Below, piece after piece: positions 12,870 to 27,193 of a DNA stretch of 64,000 nt. The stretch's first letter is position 1. Each line of letters starts with the position of its first letter. The notes under the pieces were generated by a model. That model did not search any database. It was not told where the DNA came from and saw only the letters and a list, made by a program, of their open reading frames with translations. A program made the position numbers and the translations under genes. The DNA is from Adineta vaga (taxonomy: Eukaryota > Animalia > Rotifera). The stretch is from assembly GCA_021613535.1 (NCBI GenBank), contig CP075492.1:17980001-18044000 (forward strand). Reading direction: 5' to 3'.

Positions 12870-13154
12870 TATTCCTGTTAGATAAAGTTTTGCATTGCCA
12901 TTTATTCGCCTCACTCACTTTGTTTTAATCTACGCCTTTTGTAAATTTTAAGACTAGGGGTACCACACTACTGCTACCGGTAATAAGGAATAATCGCAAA
13001 AAAGTAATAAAGCAACAATGAAATAATAAGTAATAAACAGGATAGGAACACAAGTGCTCAAGGTCAATCCTATGGAGTTACTGTATAGATAGCTTTTGTA
13101 TCACCCGTTACTTGGTAATGTAGCGGTCACTTTCTCCTCTAGATAAGTTATCAA

Positions 13155-13312
13155 GACTAATGAGTACCGCATAGGATAGGACTTAAGGATCTATGGGTGC
13201 TCCTATAGGATAGCATTTTATGATTTATGAGTACCACCATAAGATAAGGCTTAAGGACATATGAATACCCCTAATGAATAGGCTTCGAGGACCTATCAGT
13301 ACCTCATAGAGT
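13155..13312. repeat. Degenerate ~33-34 bp minisatellite, ~5 units
   Basis: Units resemble GACNTATGAGTACC(N)CATAGGATAGGCTTAAG. Confidence 0.7.
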
Positions 13313-13692
13313 CGGCGACAATGAATGCTATTGATTACCAATAATTGCTTTCATTGCCATCAGCTTTTTCTGCCTCGGTTCTTTCCATTTATATGCTATG
13401 GCATTTATTGTTTTGCTAATACTTTATTATAGGAATAATTTATTACTTGTTTTTACTTAATTACTTAATCGCTCATTACTTTTCTTAGTAATAAATTTTT
13501 ATTACCCACTACTTTTATTACTTAGAAAATAATAAGAAACTATTCCATATCTCACTCTTGAGATACAAATCAGAGCTCCAAGATCATTAAAACAATTGAA
13601 ACAAGCAAATGGTGATGGAAAGTAATAAAAAGTATTAGTAATGTAATATCTCTATTTTAAGATATTTTTGAAGAAAAAGAGTGGACCACCAG

Positions 13693-14258
13693 TTTTGTCC
13701 CGGTTGGAATAATAAACTTTTTTTTATAGTGGAACAAATGATTCACCGTTTTAAAGCTCATACTTTGCGTGGTTTCCTCGCAAGTTCGTGCTTGGTACTT
13801 TCAAATATCCTCGTTTTCGTGGATCCCTAAGAAAATTATGTTTAGAGCAAATGGTATACTTAGGAACAGGGTTTCAAAAATTCATAAAAAATCGACAACC
13901 CTGCTACCGACAATATATCCAGTAAGAAACGAGAAACGTGATAGAAATTTTGATGTTAAAGCTAGGTAGACAAGAGGAACCATTTCTGGTCAAGATAAAA
14001 CAAAGCCAGTTGGAAAACATTTTGTTTTGATGAATATATGAGACTTTTGCTGAAATCAGTATCATATAGACAGAATACATGATTAGTTTCATTTTTTTGT
14101 ACAGTATATTTCTAAGTCTATACCTTTCTTACTAGAAGAGATAATAGGATCAATCAATGATCATTTTGTAGAACATGTTTTTATGCATCTTTTCGTGATA
14201 AAAATTTACACGCACTTATTTCACTATAAAAAAATTATTATTCCAATCAGAACAGGAC
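13693..14258. mobile_element. MITE-like element with ~45 bp imperfect TIRs
   Basis: GGTTGGAATAATAAACTTTTTTTTATAGTGGAA versus TTTCACTATAAAAAAATTATTATTCCAATC (reverse complement). Confidence 0.6.
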
Positions 14259-15237
14259 TTCTGATTAATCTCTCACTCTTCTAATAGATATCAGACAAAA
14301 ATAATCAAATGTTTAGAAATTGCTCGAAATGAGATATTTTTCACTTGATCGAATCGCTTTTGAATAGTTATTTTTCAAGCATTAATCTGTTAATATGTTA
14401 CTGAATGTCAGATAAGATGACCAAGAGTTGACAGAGAAAACAGCATTTAGAAAGAAAACATATAGTGTCATTAGCTGCATCGCTTATATGTAATTCATTG
14501 CGAAAAACAAACGTATGACGGAACGATTTATAAATACTTTAGAACACAATCATTACATGTTATAATTAATATGCGAGATATTTCAGTTAAGGTTCTTATA
14601 CTAATTAAAGTTTCAATCGAATAATTTTTAGAAATCATCAATTTTATATTTACACCATAATATGTTTCGGTATAATAAGATTTCACTATACATCTATGCA
14701 TTCAATTACAATAACTCTAATATTCTACAATCGAGTCTGTGACACAAAAGTCTTCCAATAATTCCGAATGTTATACCAACCAGTGTCGCCATCTAACTTG
14801 CTCAGCTTGAATATGAGAAAAGCTATTACAATAACTGAACAAGAATTACTTTGAACTACTTTTGAATAGCTCTCCACTGCATATATTCTGGTAAAAAACC
14901 TAAAGATTTTACCACTTACTTGTCTAGGCCGAATAAGCCGACATACCTGTGACAAAAAAGTTCCAAGCATTGTACTACACACGACATTTCACATAATCAA
15001 CCCATTGCCCATCTTTAGAGTAGCATCAATATCTTTTCAGGATAGTATGAAATCACACGAATTACAGCACATCCTCTATTACATTTTAGAAATCGATCGT
15101 GATCAAATATCTTCTAGTTATGTTCGTGGTGAATATAATGATACTCCTTATGATCCTGATGATGAAACTACTCATCATTTTACTCAACCCGGTGATCGTA
15201 ATGGGGAGCGTTTCAACGACTGGATATAATTGTTGCA

Positions 15238-15280
15238 AAGAGGGTGTGGGTTCTATACTCTTATCTACACCCGCACTCTT
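15238..15280. repeat. Telomere-like palindromic site P8
   Basis: AAGAGGGTGTGGGT-TCTATACTCTTATCT-ACACCCGCACTCTT. Confidence 0.9.
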
Positions 15281-15525
15281 CTTTATATCCTACCACTTCT
15301 ATTCCAAAATGTTAATATAGATACAATGCGTTGCCCATATAAATTGACTTATCTTACAGACAACGTACAGCCGACTACAATCTGAGTTCAGCTGAATGAT
15401 TCTTCTGTTACTAGTATATCTTTTTCAAATAATATTTATCATACGTATTTAAGACAATATAATAAAAGCAAATATAGTTCTGTTCTTATTGTTATAATCA
15501 GTGTCTTGTTTGTTTTTTAGGCATA

Positions 15526-18500
15526 TTATGTTTTTGAAAAGCATTTTTGGTAACATGATGAATTCGTTTCTCCAAAATGATAATGAACTAAAAATATTTA
15601 AAAAAAATTGAGACATTAATATAAGGAAAAATGATTAGACGTACTGTCTATAGGATCTGTCTTTAGACAGAGCCAACAAAACGAAATACCACATTTACAT
15701 TTGACAGCATTGCACCCTGCATAACGATCAATCACTTGTTTACACGACGGACATGGTTTTAAATCTAGACCTCCTTTAATAATTTTAAGAAAAACGAAAT
15801 TTATTTATTTATAAAATATACAAAGCATACCAATATTGTGTATAGTTGTTCCTTCTTCTTGTTTCCATTTTAAAAGCGTTTGATATTGTTGACATGTAAC
15901 ACCTGCATGATATTCAACTTCACATTGTGTACAATATATCTTTCGGCAACCATCACAAAAATATGATTGAGGATGTTTGGATTTACGGTAAACCTATCAA
16001 AATAGAATAATTAACTTGAAGTTTCATCGAAAAATAGTGAATATCTTACTTGCGAACAATCAATACCCATACATTGTACTATATCATTATCAGTTTTGAG
16101 ATAAGCATGAAATGATGCACGTGCTAGTTTTGGCATATTTATTGAATCCAGAATGGTTTTAATATCGCGCAACAAAAATGCTGAATCACATTCCAAACAC
16201 TTCACTTCTAAAGTCTCATTACTTAATGTTGTATCAAATTTTTGTGATAAACTTTGTTTAAGACAGTCAATACAGAAAGCATGTCCACAACCTTGTAAGT
16301 AGTAATCCGCAACACTGCAGCAAATGGGACATTCAACAATCGTTGTTGATGATTGTTTAGATAAAGCTTGTTGGTCGGCAGGTACTGTAAACCATTTTGT
16401 TTTAATAGATTGTTCACAATTATGAACGGTTGTTTCATTACCAATAATTTCTAATTGATGTTTAACAATTAATGTATTAATTTCTACATTGAACTGTTTT
16501 TCAAGCAGTTCATGCTCGGCCTCATACATTCTTAACACTTGGCGGACGTGACCTATTAATCGAATTATAAATTATTTGTTCTGACAACTTTCTAAAGAGC
16601 AAAATAAAGAAATACTCATACCCGGAGGAATATTCAAGATACTTTTATGTTTTTTATTTCGTAAGGTCTCTCGAATATAATCATCAATATGACATTTAGC
16701 AACATTCGTCGCTTGATCACTACCATAAATACGTATAAAAGAATGTGAATATTTCCACCAAATATAGCACTGAGTTTCATTCTGAATACGTTGCAATGCG
16801 GTTATACCAGCACGATCGAACATAACTCTTAACTAGATTTTTATAAATGAATATTTATTCGAAATTTATAATCATAGACTTACCTTCTCTGGATCCTGTT
16901 CAAATCGATACTCTATTCCTTTCATTAGATTTTCGAATTCAATTTTAGCCATAGTTATCTGTTGAATATCATTACCATCAATATATATTTTCATTGTTGC
17001 TGCTTTTTCTGTATTTTTTGATGGCACAGCTTTGACACGAACTTTTTTGAAGTTTTCACGAATATGTTTAATTGCAAATTGAATTTTCTCAGGAATCGCT
17101 TTTGTTAACGCTGCATTAACAAATATCTCATGAGCCATCGATGGAATTAGATGTATTTTGCTTGCTCCATCAAACAATTGAATATTCTGACCATCATAAG
17201 TTTGTATAGCTGTTGTAACATCGACTGGATCATCAAAAAGAATGAGCGCTGTCACAGTTCCATCCGGTGTCGATGAAGATATTTGACAATCAGGTATCGA
17301 ACGAAATAAATTTTTAGTACTAAGAAACATAGAACGAAGAGCAACTAGACCAGTCTCTTGTTCATTTGCATTGATAATAGAAGTTCTTGTCTGTTCCGTA
17401 TTCTTATTATCGAGTTTTTGTCGAAAGACAATAACATTTATCACATCATCATAAAGTCCATTATCTTTAAGAATTTTAATTAGATCGTATTTATCCATTG
17501 ATGGTTGAAGATGCTGAAAATTAATAGCATATTCATCATCATTTTTCGTTTTCTTCTTCTTTAAATCATTCTTTTTCGATTGAATACGTTCCGATAATCT
17601 CACTTTACTATAACCAATTAATCCCGTTCTTCCATTCATTTCATTGATTGCTTGTTGTAAATCATTTATATCCAGAAATTCAACATACGCTTCTAATCTA
17701 CCATTAGTAATTTTCGAGTTAAATGATATTGTTTGACGTTGAAATGATTGATATCGATTAAATATCGCTCTAATATCGTCTTCGGCATGTATAGGTTTTG
17801 TAAATCTTTGTCCTTTTCCTCCACGTAAAACTTGAACATCGACAAGACCTTCACAGTTTCTAAAAATCAGACGCATATCTTCTTCATCGAATTCATCTGG
17901 AAATCCTTGAACAAGAACTGAATTTTGACAACTATTTTTATCATGTGCTAACGTTGTTGCATACGGACTAGATGTTCGTGAAATAGCATTTTGTGCTTGC
18001 ATAGGTGATTGAAATCTAATAAATGCTTTACTAGTATGCCTAGCAAGATAATAAATCATTTTCAATGTTGGTATATCACTAGTACGCTCGTAACGACATT
18101 GATAGTTTAATCGTTTGAAAAATTCGAAAGCATCAAGTGCACATCGTTCTTGACTAAAAATGATTTTTCCATTTCCCGTTGATGGTGTTAAATACCATAT
18201 AGCTTGAAGACGACAATTTTGTTTTCCTGTTGTGGCTTCAGTTTTTAAACATGAACCGCTAACAGCGATTTCTCGTCCTTGTTCAATATATCCATTCAAT
18301 TCACTAAAAGCGAAACGTGCTTCATCAATTTTTGAATAAGTCACTGCGACGCAAGAACCACTTTCATTTTGTCGAATAAAATCAATTTTTCTAACTACAA
18401 TCATTCAAATACTCTTAAGAATTAACTATAAAAAAGACGTATGACTCACCTGTTCCAAACGCTTCACATAGAGTTTGTATTCTCTCTTCGGTTATTGTTG

Positions 18501-21500
18501 ATGACAATTTTGTCATTATAATTCGAATAAATTCATCTTCAACCAAAACCATTTGACTAACGCCTCCAGCTCCCATTAAAATTCGAGTTCTTCCAGTAAT
18601 TTGTATCTCTTCTGCTTCGACAAGTAATTTTTCTCTTTCTTTTTCAATCATCTTACTAACAATTTTCTTTGCTTTTTCTAGATTATTTTGACGTGACCAA
18701 ATTGTTAATTTCAATTGCTTATAATCTACATCAATAATAGCTTCAGTTTGTTCTTCAATTTGATTTAAATTAGAATTTCGTTTACCAACAACGGCACGTA
18801 ATAATGTTCCTCCTAAATTATCAAATGTATAATTGTTAAATGACATTGTATGTAAATTATGACCATTAATAGTCGTGAACCATTGTTGTGAAACATATTT
18901 CAACCAATTCAATTCAATTGATGAAAGAATTGTGATATAATTCGTTCCATTAAGATTTAATAATTCATTGAAAACAATATATTTGGGCATAGATTCATTG
19001 AGACATAATGTAGATGTACGAAATACACGTGCAATTGTTGCTTCATCAGTTGACGAAGAAAAAGCAGACATGACTCGATAACCAGCTCTTTGTGGACCAT
19101 TGGATACAGCTAAATTTAAAAATTGACCTGCAGTTATGCATTGTAATAAACGATTGATTAGATCATCAGTGAGTTTCTTCTCTTGATCTTCAAATTTAAT
19201 TTCATGTTGCATTTGTTTAGCTTTTTCTTTGATAAAATCTTGAGCCATTTGTAATGATTTTGCATTAACGAAATTCTTCTTGCACCATTCATATTGTTGC
19301 TTTTTATTTTTATTTTGACCAAAAAGTTCAAACCATTTTAGATATACATGAAGTAAAGTAATATGATCACCACTTTCATGACTAAATTCGGCTTGTGCTC
19401 GTGTTGCCGAATCTTTAGATTTTTGATCTTTACCTGCACTCCACCAAATATTTTGTGACACAGTTAACATACCAGCTAATATCAGCGCATACGATAGACA
19501 GTTCATCTCTTCTCCTTTGTATAACATTGCTGTTAATTTAGGATCAATATCTAGTCGAGCCATATTTCGACCAAGAGCTGTTAATTTACCTTGAGGATCA
19601 AGTGCATTTAACCATACTAAAGTTTGATATGCTTCTCGTACACTAGAAGCGGAAGGTGGTTCGAGCCAATCGAATGATTCAATATTATTAATATTCAAAT
19701 GTTTCAGTTTTAATAAAGCAATCGTTGGTTGAGTACAGAGAATTTCTGCTCGCGAACAAGCATCCATAGCTTCATATGTCTCAGTTGTATACAGATGGTA
19801 ACACTAGAAGATATGTGTATGTTAGAAATACAAGTAAAACTCTCCTAAGCATTGATAATACCTTTCCAGCTGATGTTCTTCCAGCTCGTCCACGTCGTTG
19901 TTTTACTGAACTTTTAGTAATTTGCCCAATTTTTAATACTTGCATCTTTCTTTTTTCATCCCACATCTTCTCTTTTACCATTCCACTTTCAATTACATGT
20001 TTAATCCCATCAATAGTAACTGATGTTTCAGCAACATTTGTACTGAAAATGATCTTACGTATATTAGGTATTCTCTCAAATATTCGAGCATTGTCTTCTT
20101 CGGACAATTTACCATGCAATGGTAAACCAATGTAGGATCCATCATTTCCTAATTTTTGTTTCAACTCGGCTAATGCTAAATCAATTTCATCTTGACCTGT
20201 TAGAAATACTAAGATATCACCAATATCATTGCTCTTATGTATTTCTATTGCCTTTTTCACTGATTCTTGAACATAATTTTCAACATCATCATCAAGATAG
20301 AAATCTTCAATTGGATATGTTCGACCACTAACTTCTAATGTACCACATTGAAAATCTTGAACAAAATAATCACGAAGTAATTTCATGTCTAATGTTGCAG
20401 ACATAACCACTAGCTAAAATAAAGATTCATAAACGAAAGTATTATCGAGAGAAAAAAGATAAATATTACAAACCTTTAGATCCTTTCGTTTTCTTAAACA
20501 TAATTTCATAATACCAAAGACTATATCAGTATCAATTTTTCTTTCATGTGCTTCATCGATAATGACAACTGAATAGTTTCGTAACATTGAATCGTTTTGA
20601 TATTCATTTAAAAAGAGAGTGTCGGTGACGAACTTTATTTTTGTTTTATTTGACGTTGTAGGTCGACCACCTCCTACTTGAAAACCAACCTTGTAAATAC
20701 GAAAACATATTTTATTCATAAAATATCAATAGTATCAATTTACTTCTTCACCAATTTTACAGCCATATTCTTCAGCTACTCGAGCAGCCAAAGATCGTGC
20801 AGCTAATTTACGTGGTTGTGTACAAATGATTTGTTCTAGAAAACAAAATACGTGTTAAAGGCAAAGTCATTAATATGCAATGATAGATTTACTTTGATCA
20901 GCAAAATGTTCATCACATAGATATTGAACTGTTTGTGTACTCTTTCCTGAACCTGTATCAGCTTTTAGAATTAGAACTTGATTAGCTTGTAGTTGATCAA
21001 TAATGTCGGAACGTCGTGCATAGATTGGAAGACATGATTGCCAACGTTTTAATTCACGTTCTAGTTGTTTTTGAATGCGTTGAAGTTGATCTATCTTTTC
21101 TTTGGTTTGTATTTCCGAAAATTGAATCGAATTAAATTCAGCTGTTAAAGAAACAATGGCAGATTGAAACTCATTTTGTTGTGATCTCAATTCTACCAAT
21201 GCATTTTGCTGGAGAGCGTCAAGAACTTCATCATTATCATCATCAGCAAATCCTTTATCATTCACATTGAAGTTCTCCTGTTCTCGTTCTGCTGTTAACA
21301 ACAACTTTTCAATCGTATCAATTAATGTGGTTTCGGATAAATGCTGACTTCCATGATCTATCTTAGTAGTAGTTGGAATTTTATCAATATCTCTACCAAA
21401 TGGATGATCAAAATGGCAATCTGTTCGCTTGCATTTTGTTCCAAAACGACAATTACGTTTTGCAGTAGTTGAGGAACTGCATGATGAAGTATCAGATTGT

Positions 21501-21835
21501 GAGGAATCACGTCGTGGACGCGTGGAATTCTTCAATAGAAGTGATTCTCCAGCAGTGGTAGTAGACATAGTTGTATGACGATCAATTAATCTACCATTCG
21601 GATGATTATAATAACAATCAAGTCGTGTACAATCGACATCATTCTTGCAATTATTTCGTGTTCTTTGTGCTCCTTTTGGTGGTGTTAAATGTGTAAATGT
21701 ACAATTACGGGTTCGACAGTTTCCACCATACTGACACAATTTAGGATTAACACTTGACTTTGCGGTAAGTTCATGATTATATGGACAATCTTGTTTCTTA
21801 CATTTATCTTTATATCTGCATGGAGTTGATGCCAT
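15526..21835 (-). CDS. DEAH-box RNA helicase with N-terminal CCCH zinc fingers, KH/RRM domains and a C-terminal RBR (RING-IBR-RING) E3 module; architecture like plant DEAH11/12
   Basis: Helicase motifs [25 protein letters not shown] and QRRGRAGR plus HA2; RRM-like AYVEF; RING CPICC...CGHAFCIDC; IBR; KPCPSC...[17 protein letters not shown]. Short introns throughout. Confidence 0.93.
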
Positions 21836-22924
21836 ATTATATGTATTCCGAGATTTGATAGAAATATGAAGGAATACACTAAAGAAGCAAAAGCAAAACA
21901 GCTGCACACTCAAGAAGAGAATTACTTAGTGGATTTATTTTTGAAGAAAAGAAAAAAAAATTCTCCGACGCCGTATACACTGTAAGCATTGCCTTAATAA
22001 AATGTGAAAATACCCAGTGATTCAATCGTAATGCATTCTATTTCAGGATGTACTGGGTTTTTTCTCGTTATGGAATCATTTTCAATTGAGAAGGCAAGAA
22101 AGGGAAATTCTCTCTTATCTATATTAATTCTGTTAATAAACTAACGACTGTTCGTTAGATTTCGTTAGATTAAATTCACATATCCGATAATGTTTTCATA
22201 TTCTGGTATAGGATAAAGATTTCTATAATCTTGTGTTGTAAAAAACATGAACTTTCTTCTGTTTTTACTAACTCTATGTAAGATATTAAATATACAAGAG
22301 AAATGGATTGATGTAAATGTGACAAGCTCAAAACAATATTAAAAACTATTTAGACATCTTTAATAATGGATGCGACAGTTACTACAATAACATCTGCTCA
22401 AATGAAAAGAAAAACAACTGTAGAAAAAAAAATTAACGATATGTTATAAAAACACAAGAATATATCGTACATGCCACATGACTGATATTCTTTATGATTA
22501 TATGTCTGATAGAGAAAATGTGTAGTTTTGTTTTTATTAGAATATTCTGGAGAATTTATAACGAAGATATAAAATTCCTCTTTTCTTATCTTTACCGCTT
22601 CTGCATCTTCGGCGAAAAACAAATGCATATTTATCAAGATCATGACAAAAATAAACACTCAACTTAATAATCGACGAAATGAACGCAGAAAACGACTACA
22701 TCCTAAAAAAAGTGTATTATATACTAACTCAGACTCACAAATATCATCGATGATTAACAGACATGAGTTAATGACTCAATTGATCTTTAGGATCAGAAGA
22801 TTCGTCTTTTCTTACAAACTTTCCTGAGAACATAATTGTTTCCCTTCTCATATCAGTACGAGTCATACCATTACAATAAGTATGAAGCTTTCGTAATTCA
22901 AAAGTGTGCTTATGAAATTGAAGG

Positions 22925-22972
22925 TGAGGATGCGAGTATAGGCATTTTCCCTTCATTCATACCCTATACCTC
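22925..22972. repeat. Degenerate palindromic site P9
   Basis: TGAGGATGCGAGT-spacer-ATACCCTATACCTC. Confidence 0.5.
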
Positions 22973-23329
22973 GAATAATAAAGAAAAATTATTCCTTATA
23001 TCGTAACACTCACTCTTGAGAACTGCCAAAAGTGAAAAGTTTTCGTTAAATATTGTTTGCTCGTTCAACTAAATAGTTTGATTGAGATTCTGATATTTTT
23101 TTGAAAGAATATATGTCAACTTCAACCTGAGTGTTGCAATTATATTTTTGATTTATATGAAAAAAGAATTTCATCTGGATTATATCATATAATCGAGTAA
23201 AATAAAAGAAAAAGAAGATAAATGAAAATATTGTAGCTGGAATAGTCATCATAGAGTATTGATCGCAATGGATGAGGGAGAGCTGATTCAAATCAATTTC
23301 TCTCTCAATCCATCTCATTTAATTCTATA

Positions 23330-24780
23330 CGATCAGTTTGTTGAGTTTCATTTGTTTCGTTATTCAAACGCTTGTATTTAGGACTCTCTATCTGTTTCGA
23401 GCAGCAATTTTCGCATAATTTGTCTTTAAGATTGGTTACATAGAAACGAAATATGGAACGGTACTCTTATTTCCCATAGAGAAAGAGAAGTGTCAAGATC
23501 CGTACGAAAATTCCGATGGAGATTATCCAGAGCACAGCTTTCTTACTGGTATCAAATTCGAAGATTTTATTAATGCGTTCTACCGATGTTCCCCATATGT
23601 GATCCTTGGTTTCGAGACCTTCTAAATAGAATTTGGACTCATGTTGAAATAGTAAATTTTGAACATGTCGTGAAAATGAAAGCGGGACGATGAAGCCAAG
23701 TCCACCGAGTTCTTGTTTTGTTGGACTAAATCCAGAGAGAAGACATGATAAAAGAGCTATGATTGTTCCTGCTAGATAAGCATATTCTGTTCGATTAAAC
23801 ATTACCGATGCTAATTGACCAATACCCGAGCATGTAAACGAGCAAAGAAGCATTACCATTAAGTAGAAATAAAAGGAACCACGCGGAATAATTATTATAT
23901 ATAGCATGCAAAGAAACAGTAGTGGATAGATGTTCATTCGAAAAATGTCGACCAGACTTTTAGCCAGCCAATATTGAAATGTTTGATTAGTGATTTCAAC
24001 ACCAAACAGCCTCTGACTTGATAGACAAGTGAGAATACCAAATGATAGAGTGATAAGAAAATAGATCGTTGTTAATGTCACATGCTGCCTGGAATTTGTT
24101 CTCGAATAAAAAGCCAACACATGTACCTAATAAGAGGTAAGCAAACATGTAAACGGCTTCCGTAAGAGTTAAGAAAAAGATCTTATCGATTCTTTGAAAC
24201 AATTCGTAACTTGGTTGGTGAATAACTATAATTATAGTTACAGGCCCTTTAGCACTAGATGTGATCAATGTTACGAGATCAAAAAGCGTATCACAAGCAA
24301 CTGTGTCTAGACCGAATGTTGGTTCATCAAGAAGCAAAGCTTTTGGGCAAGCAACAGCTTCTATAGCAACACTGACCCGTTTTCGTTGACCTTTTTAAAC
24401 GAGAAAAATTATTAGTTAGATCAAAATATCTTTCTTTTATTACCTTCTGAAAGAGTCTTGACAAGTTTATCGCACATTTCGTGTAACTCAAGTTTGTGTA
24501 GAACAAGATGTACATCGTTAATTAAGATCTGCTTTGATTCATTTAATCGGCATGCACGAGCAGAATAATAAACAGTCTCGAAGACGGTGCGATCATTGTG
24601 CATAATATCAACTTGTGGTACATAACGAACGTAATCCGTCAAAATATTCGATAGTGGTTGATGATTAGCAAACGCAATGGATCCACCTTCTGCCATTTGC
24701 CGTCGACCATATATTGTTTCCAATAGACTAATCTTACCACAACCAGATCCACCCATCAGTGCTGTTATTTCACCAGCAGC
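23330..24780 (-). pseudogene. ABCG-type half transporter remnant, 5'-truncated at P10
   Basis: Walker A GGSGCGKIS, Q-loop YVPQ, degenerate signature LSEG..RKRVSVA, LLLDEPT and IHQP, followed by TM helices. Frameshifts and an internal deletion are present. Confidence 0.85.
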
Positions 24781-24831
24781 TGGGTGGGTGTGAGTATTAC
24801 ATCTATCTAATACTAGCACCAACATCCTCAA
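24781..24831. repeat. Telomere-like palindromic site P10
   Basis: TGGGTGGGTGTG-AGTATTACATCTATCTAATACTAG-CACCAACATCCTCAA. Confidence 0.85.
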
Positions 24832-26128
24832 ATCGTCTTTCTATTATTGTTATCAAGAAACGACATGAATATGAGAAGAATATGTGTCAAGCATGCATAC
24901 AAATATTGATGCAATATACATTAAGAGACTCGAAATTAGAAAACAAAACAAGGATGAACAGCTGTATCAATTACGTTTAGCTATATCTTTATCTAAAAAG
25001 CAAATAGACGAAAACCAAAATCATCAGTTTCACAAGATTGATAAATTATATACATCTTATGAATTAATAAAAAAATCTTCTTGAAAAATATCTGAATACA
25101 GAGTAACAAGATATATTTGTAAGCCTATCTTTTCTTTCTAACCTTATTTTTATTTATACCTTTTTATCCATCAGACTTATACAAATGTGAATGGTACAAC
25201 ACGTTATAATTGTTAAACATTGATTTCTTTTTCTTTTCTTTTTCTTCCTATGTCGTTTTTCTGCATTCATTTTCAAATCCGAAACATATGTATAGTGTAG
25301 ACGGACTGAGTTAATATGTAAATTTGAATCCTTTGGCTATCGGCTTTTTCTTTCCAAAATCAAAGGTTTTAAAGATAACGTACGAGTGTAATTTTTATTG
25401 TTTGACGAAGAAACTACTTTTTATACAGGGGACAGAACTGACTAGAATCTTATATAAAAATGACGCATTCGAAAGAATGTAGAAGAAAATTAAATATAAT
25501 GAGTCTAAAGATAAGAACGAGAAAAATGACTATACTGAAACAAACTAGAATAAGCAGAAACATGGATGCAATGTACGAGAGTGAAAATGTATCAGTATGA
25601 TATCATTTAACAAACGATAAGAACCTTTTCTAAACGGCTAAAAAGTATGCAGTTGCCCCTTTTATTCAAAAAATATGTTCGGACGCATATATGCGTTCCC
25701 GGTAGCCAAAGGGTTCATTTGGAAATTCTACGTGGGATCAATAAAATTTTATGTCAAACAAAAAATATTCAGATTAGACCAATATCAAATATTTGTCGAT
25801 TGTTATTGTGACGATTTTTGATGGAAGAGATATATGCGCCGATGGAACTACGCGTTTATTTATTTCTTCGTCTAAAATCGCATCGTTCTGATGCAAAACA
25901 CACCCTTATATGCTCTTCCGTCAAATAGAAGGAAAGGAAAGATAATACCAAAGTACATCAATATGTATCGAAGAAAGGATATAAGAAGAAACGAAAAAGC
26001 AACTAGCATGCGTACAACGCATGTAAACGAGATCGCCAGAATTATAAAGAGAACAGATGAGAAGAAAAGTATTTTGATTTCTTTCTCTTTATTCATAAAA
26101 AAAAACTACATCGTACGACGCTTTGATC

Positions 26129-27193
26129 ATGCTCGATGTAAACACAAAAATATTATTGTACAATGCATGCTCTAATAATGAATATGTAACTGTTCGAAAC
26201 AATTTAATCAAATCAGAAATTAACACAGCTTTGGATGATAATGACAATACTGCTCTACACATTGCAGTATCTCATGGTTATTTAGAAATTATTCGTTTAC
26301 TATTCAGTCATGATGCAAGTCGAACTGTAGTTAATAAAGAAGGAAAAACTCCAGAACAAATGACATCCGATGATAAAGTCAGACAGCTTTTCAACGATAC
26401 TATCGAAGGCGAATTAATCAAATGGGTTGACGGTTTTGATTCATGTCATGATGCTTGTCGAATTGCATCTGAAAATCATGAACATATGAAACGATGGATC
26501 ACGAATATACCATTAGAGAAATTGCTTGAAGAACTAAAAAATTACGTCGATAAAATGAAATTTTCTACTGAAGCTGGACGATCTGAAGTAAAAGCATACT
26601 TAGAATATGGAATCGAGGACAACAATCCACTCTATTTACTTTCTATTTACTTGTCTACCGGTCTCTTCGCTTCCAAATTAAATAGAGATTTGGCTAGAGT
26701 AGGATCGAATTTTCGATTAATTAGCGCAAATACAAATAATGCAAATGATGAACCGCCGAAAGATGTCGGACAACATATTTTTGCTGCGCTTCTGATTAAT
26801 CATGCTGTTTTTCAATCTCTACATAATGCTTCGACTACTTTTCGTGGTATGACACTTCGTAAAGAAGAACTGGCATTATATGAAGTAGGAAAGATTTTGA
26901 TGACTCGTTCATTTATCTCGACTTCAAAAAATCGTGACGTTGCAGGAATGTATCTTGGATTCCATGATCCTGTTGACTATCCATCAGTAATTTGCATTTA
27001 TAAAGTTTCCAATCCTCAATCAAGTCTCTCTGTTGATTCACACAGTCAATTTGTTCAAGAAGAAGAGGTTTTGATCGTACCATTTGTCGTCTTCAAAGTA
27101 GCAGAAGTTAGAAGCGTAAATATAAAAAGAGAAGGACAAGAATGCATGCTTCGGGAGATTGAATTGGTTGAATGTAATCCGAATTCACAATGA
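26129..27193 (+). CDS. Ankyrin repeat plus R-S-E ADP-ribosyltransferase, intronless
   Basis: Ankyrin NTALHIAVSHGYLEIIRLL...GKTP; ART motifs TFRG, FISTS and QEEEVL. Confidence 0.9.
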   Translation: MLDVNTKILLYNACSNNEYVTVRNNLIKSEINTALDDNDNTALHIAVSHGYLEIIRLLFSHDASRTVVNKEGKTPEQMTSDDKVRQLFNDTIEGELIKWVDGFDSCHDACRIASENHEHMKRWITNIPLEKLLEELKNYVDKMKFSTEAGRSEVKAYLEYGIEDNNPLYLLSIYLSTGLFASKLNRDLARVGSNFRLISANTNNANDEPPKDVGQHIFAALLINHAVFQSLHNASTTFRGMTLRKEELALYEVGKILMTRSFISTSKNRDVAGMYLGFHDPVDYPSVICIYKVSNPQSSLSVDSHSQFVQEEEVLIVPFVVFKVAEVRSVNIKREGQECMLREIELVECNPNSQ

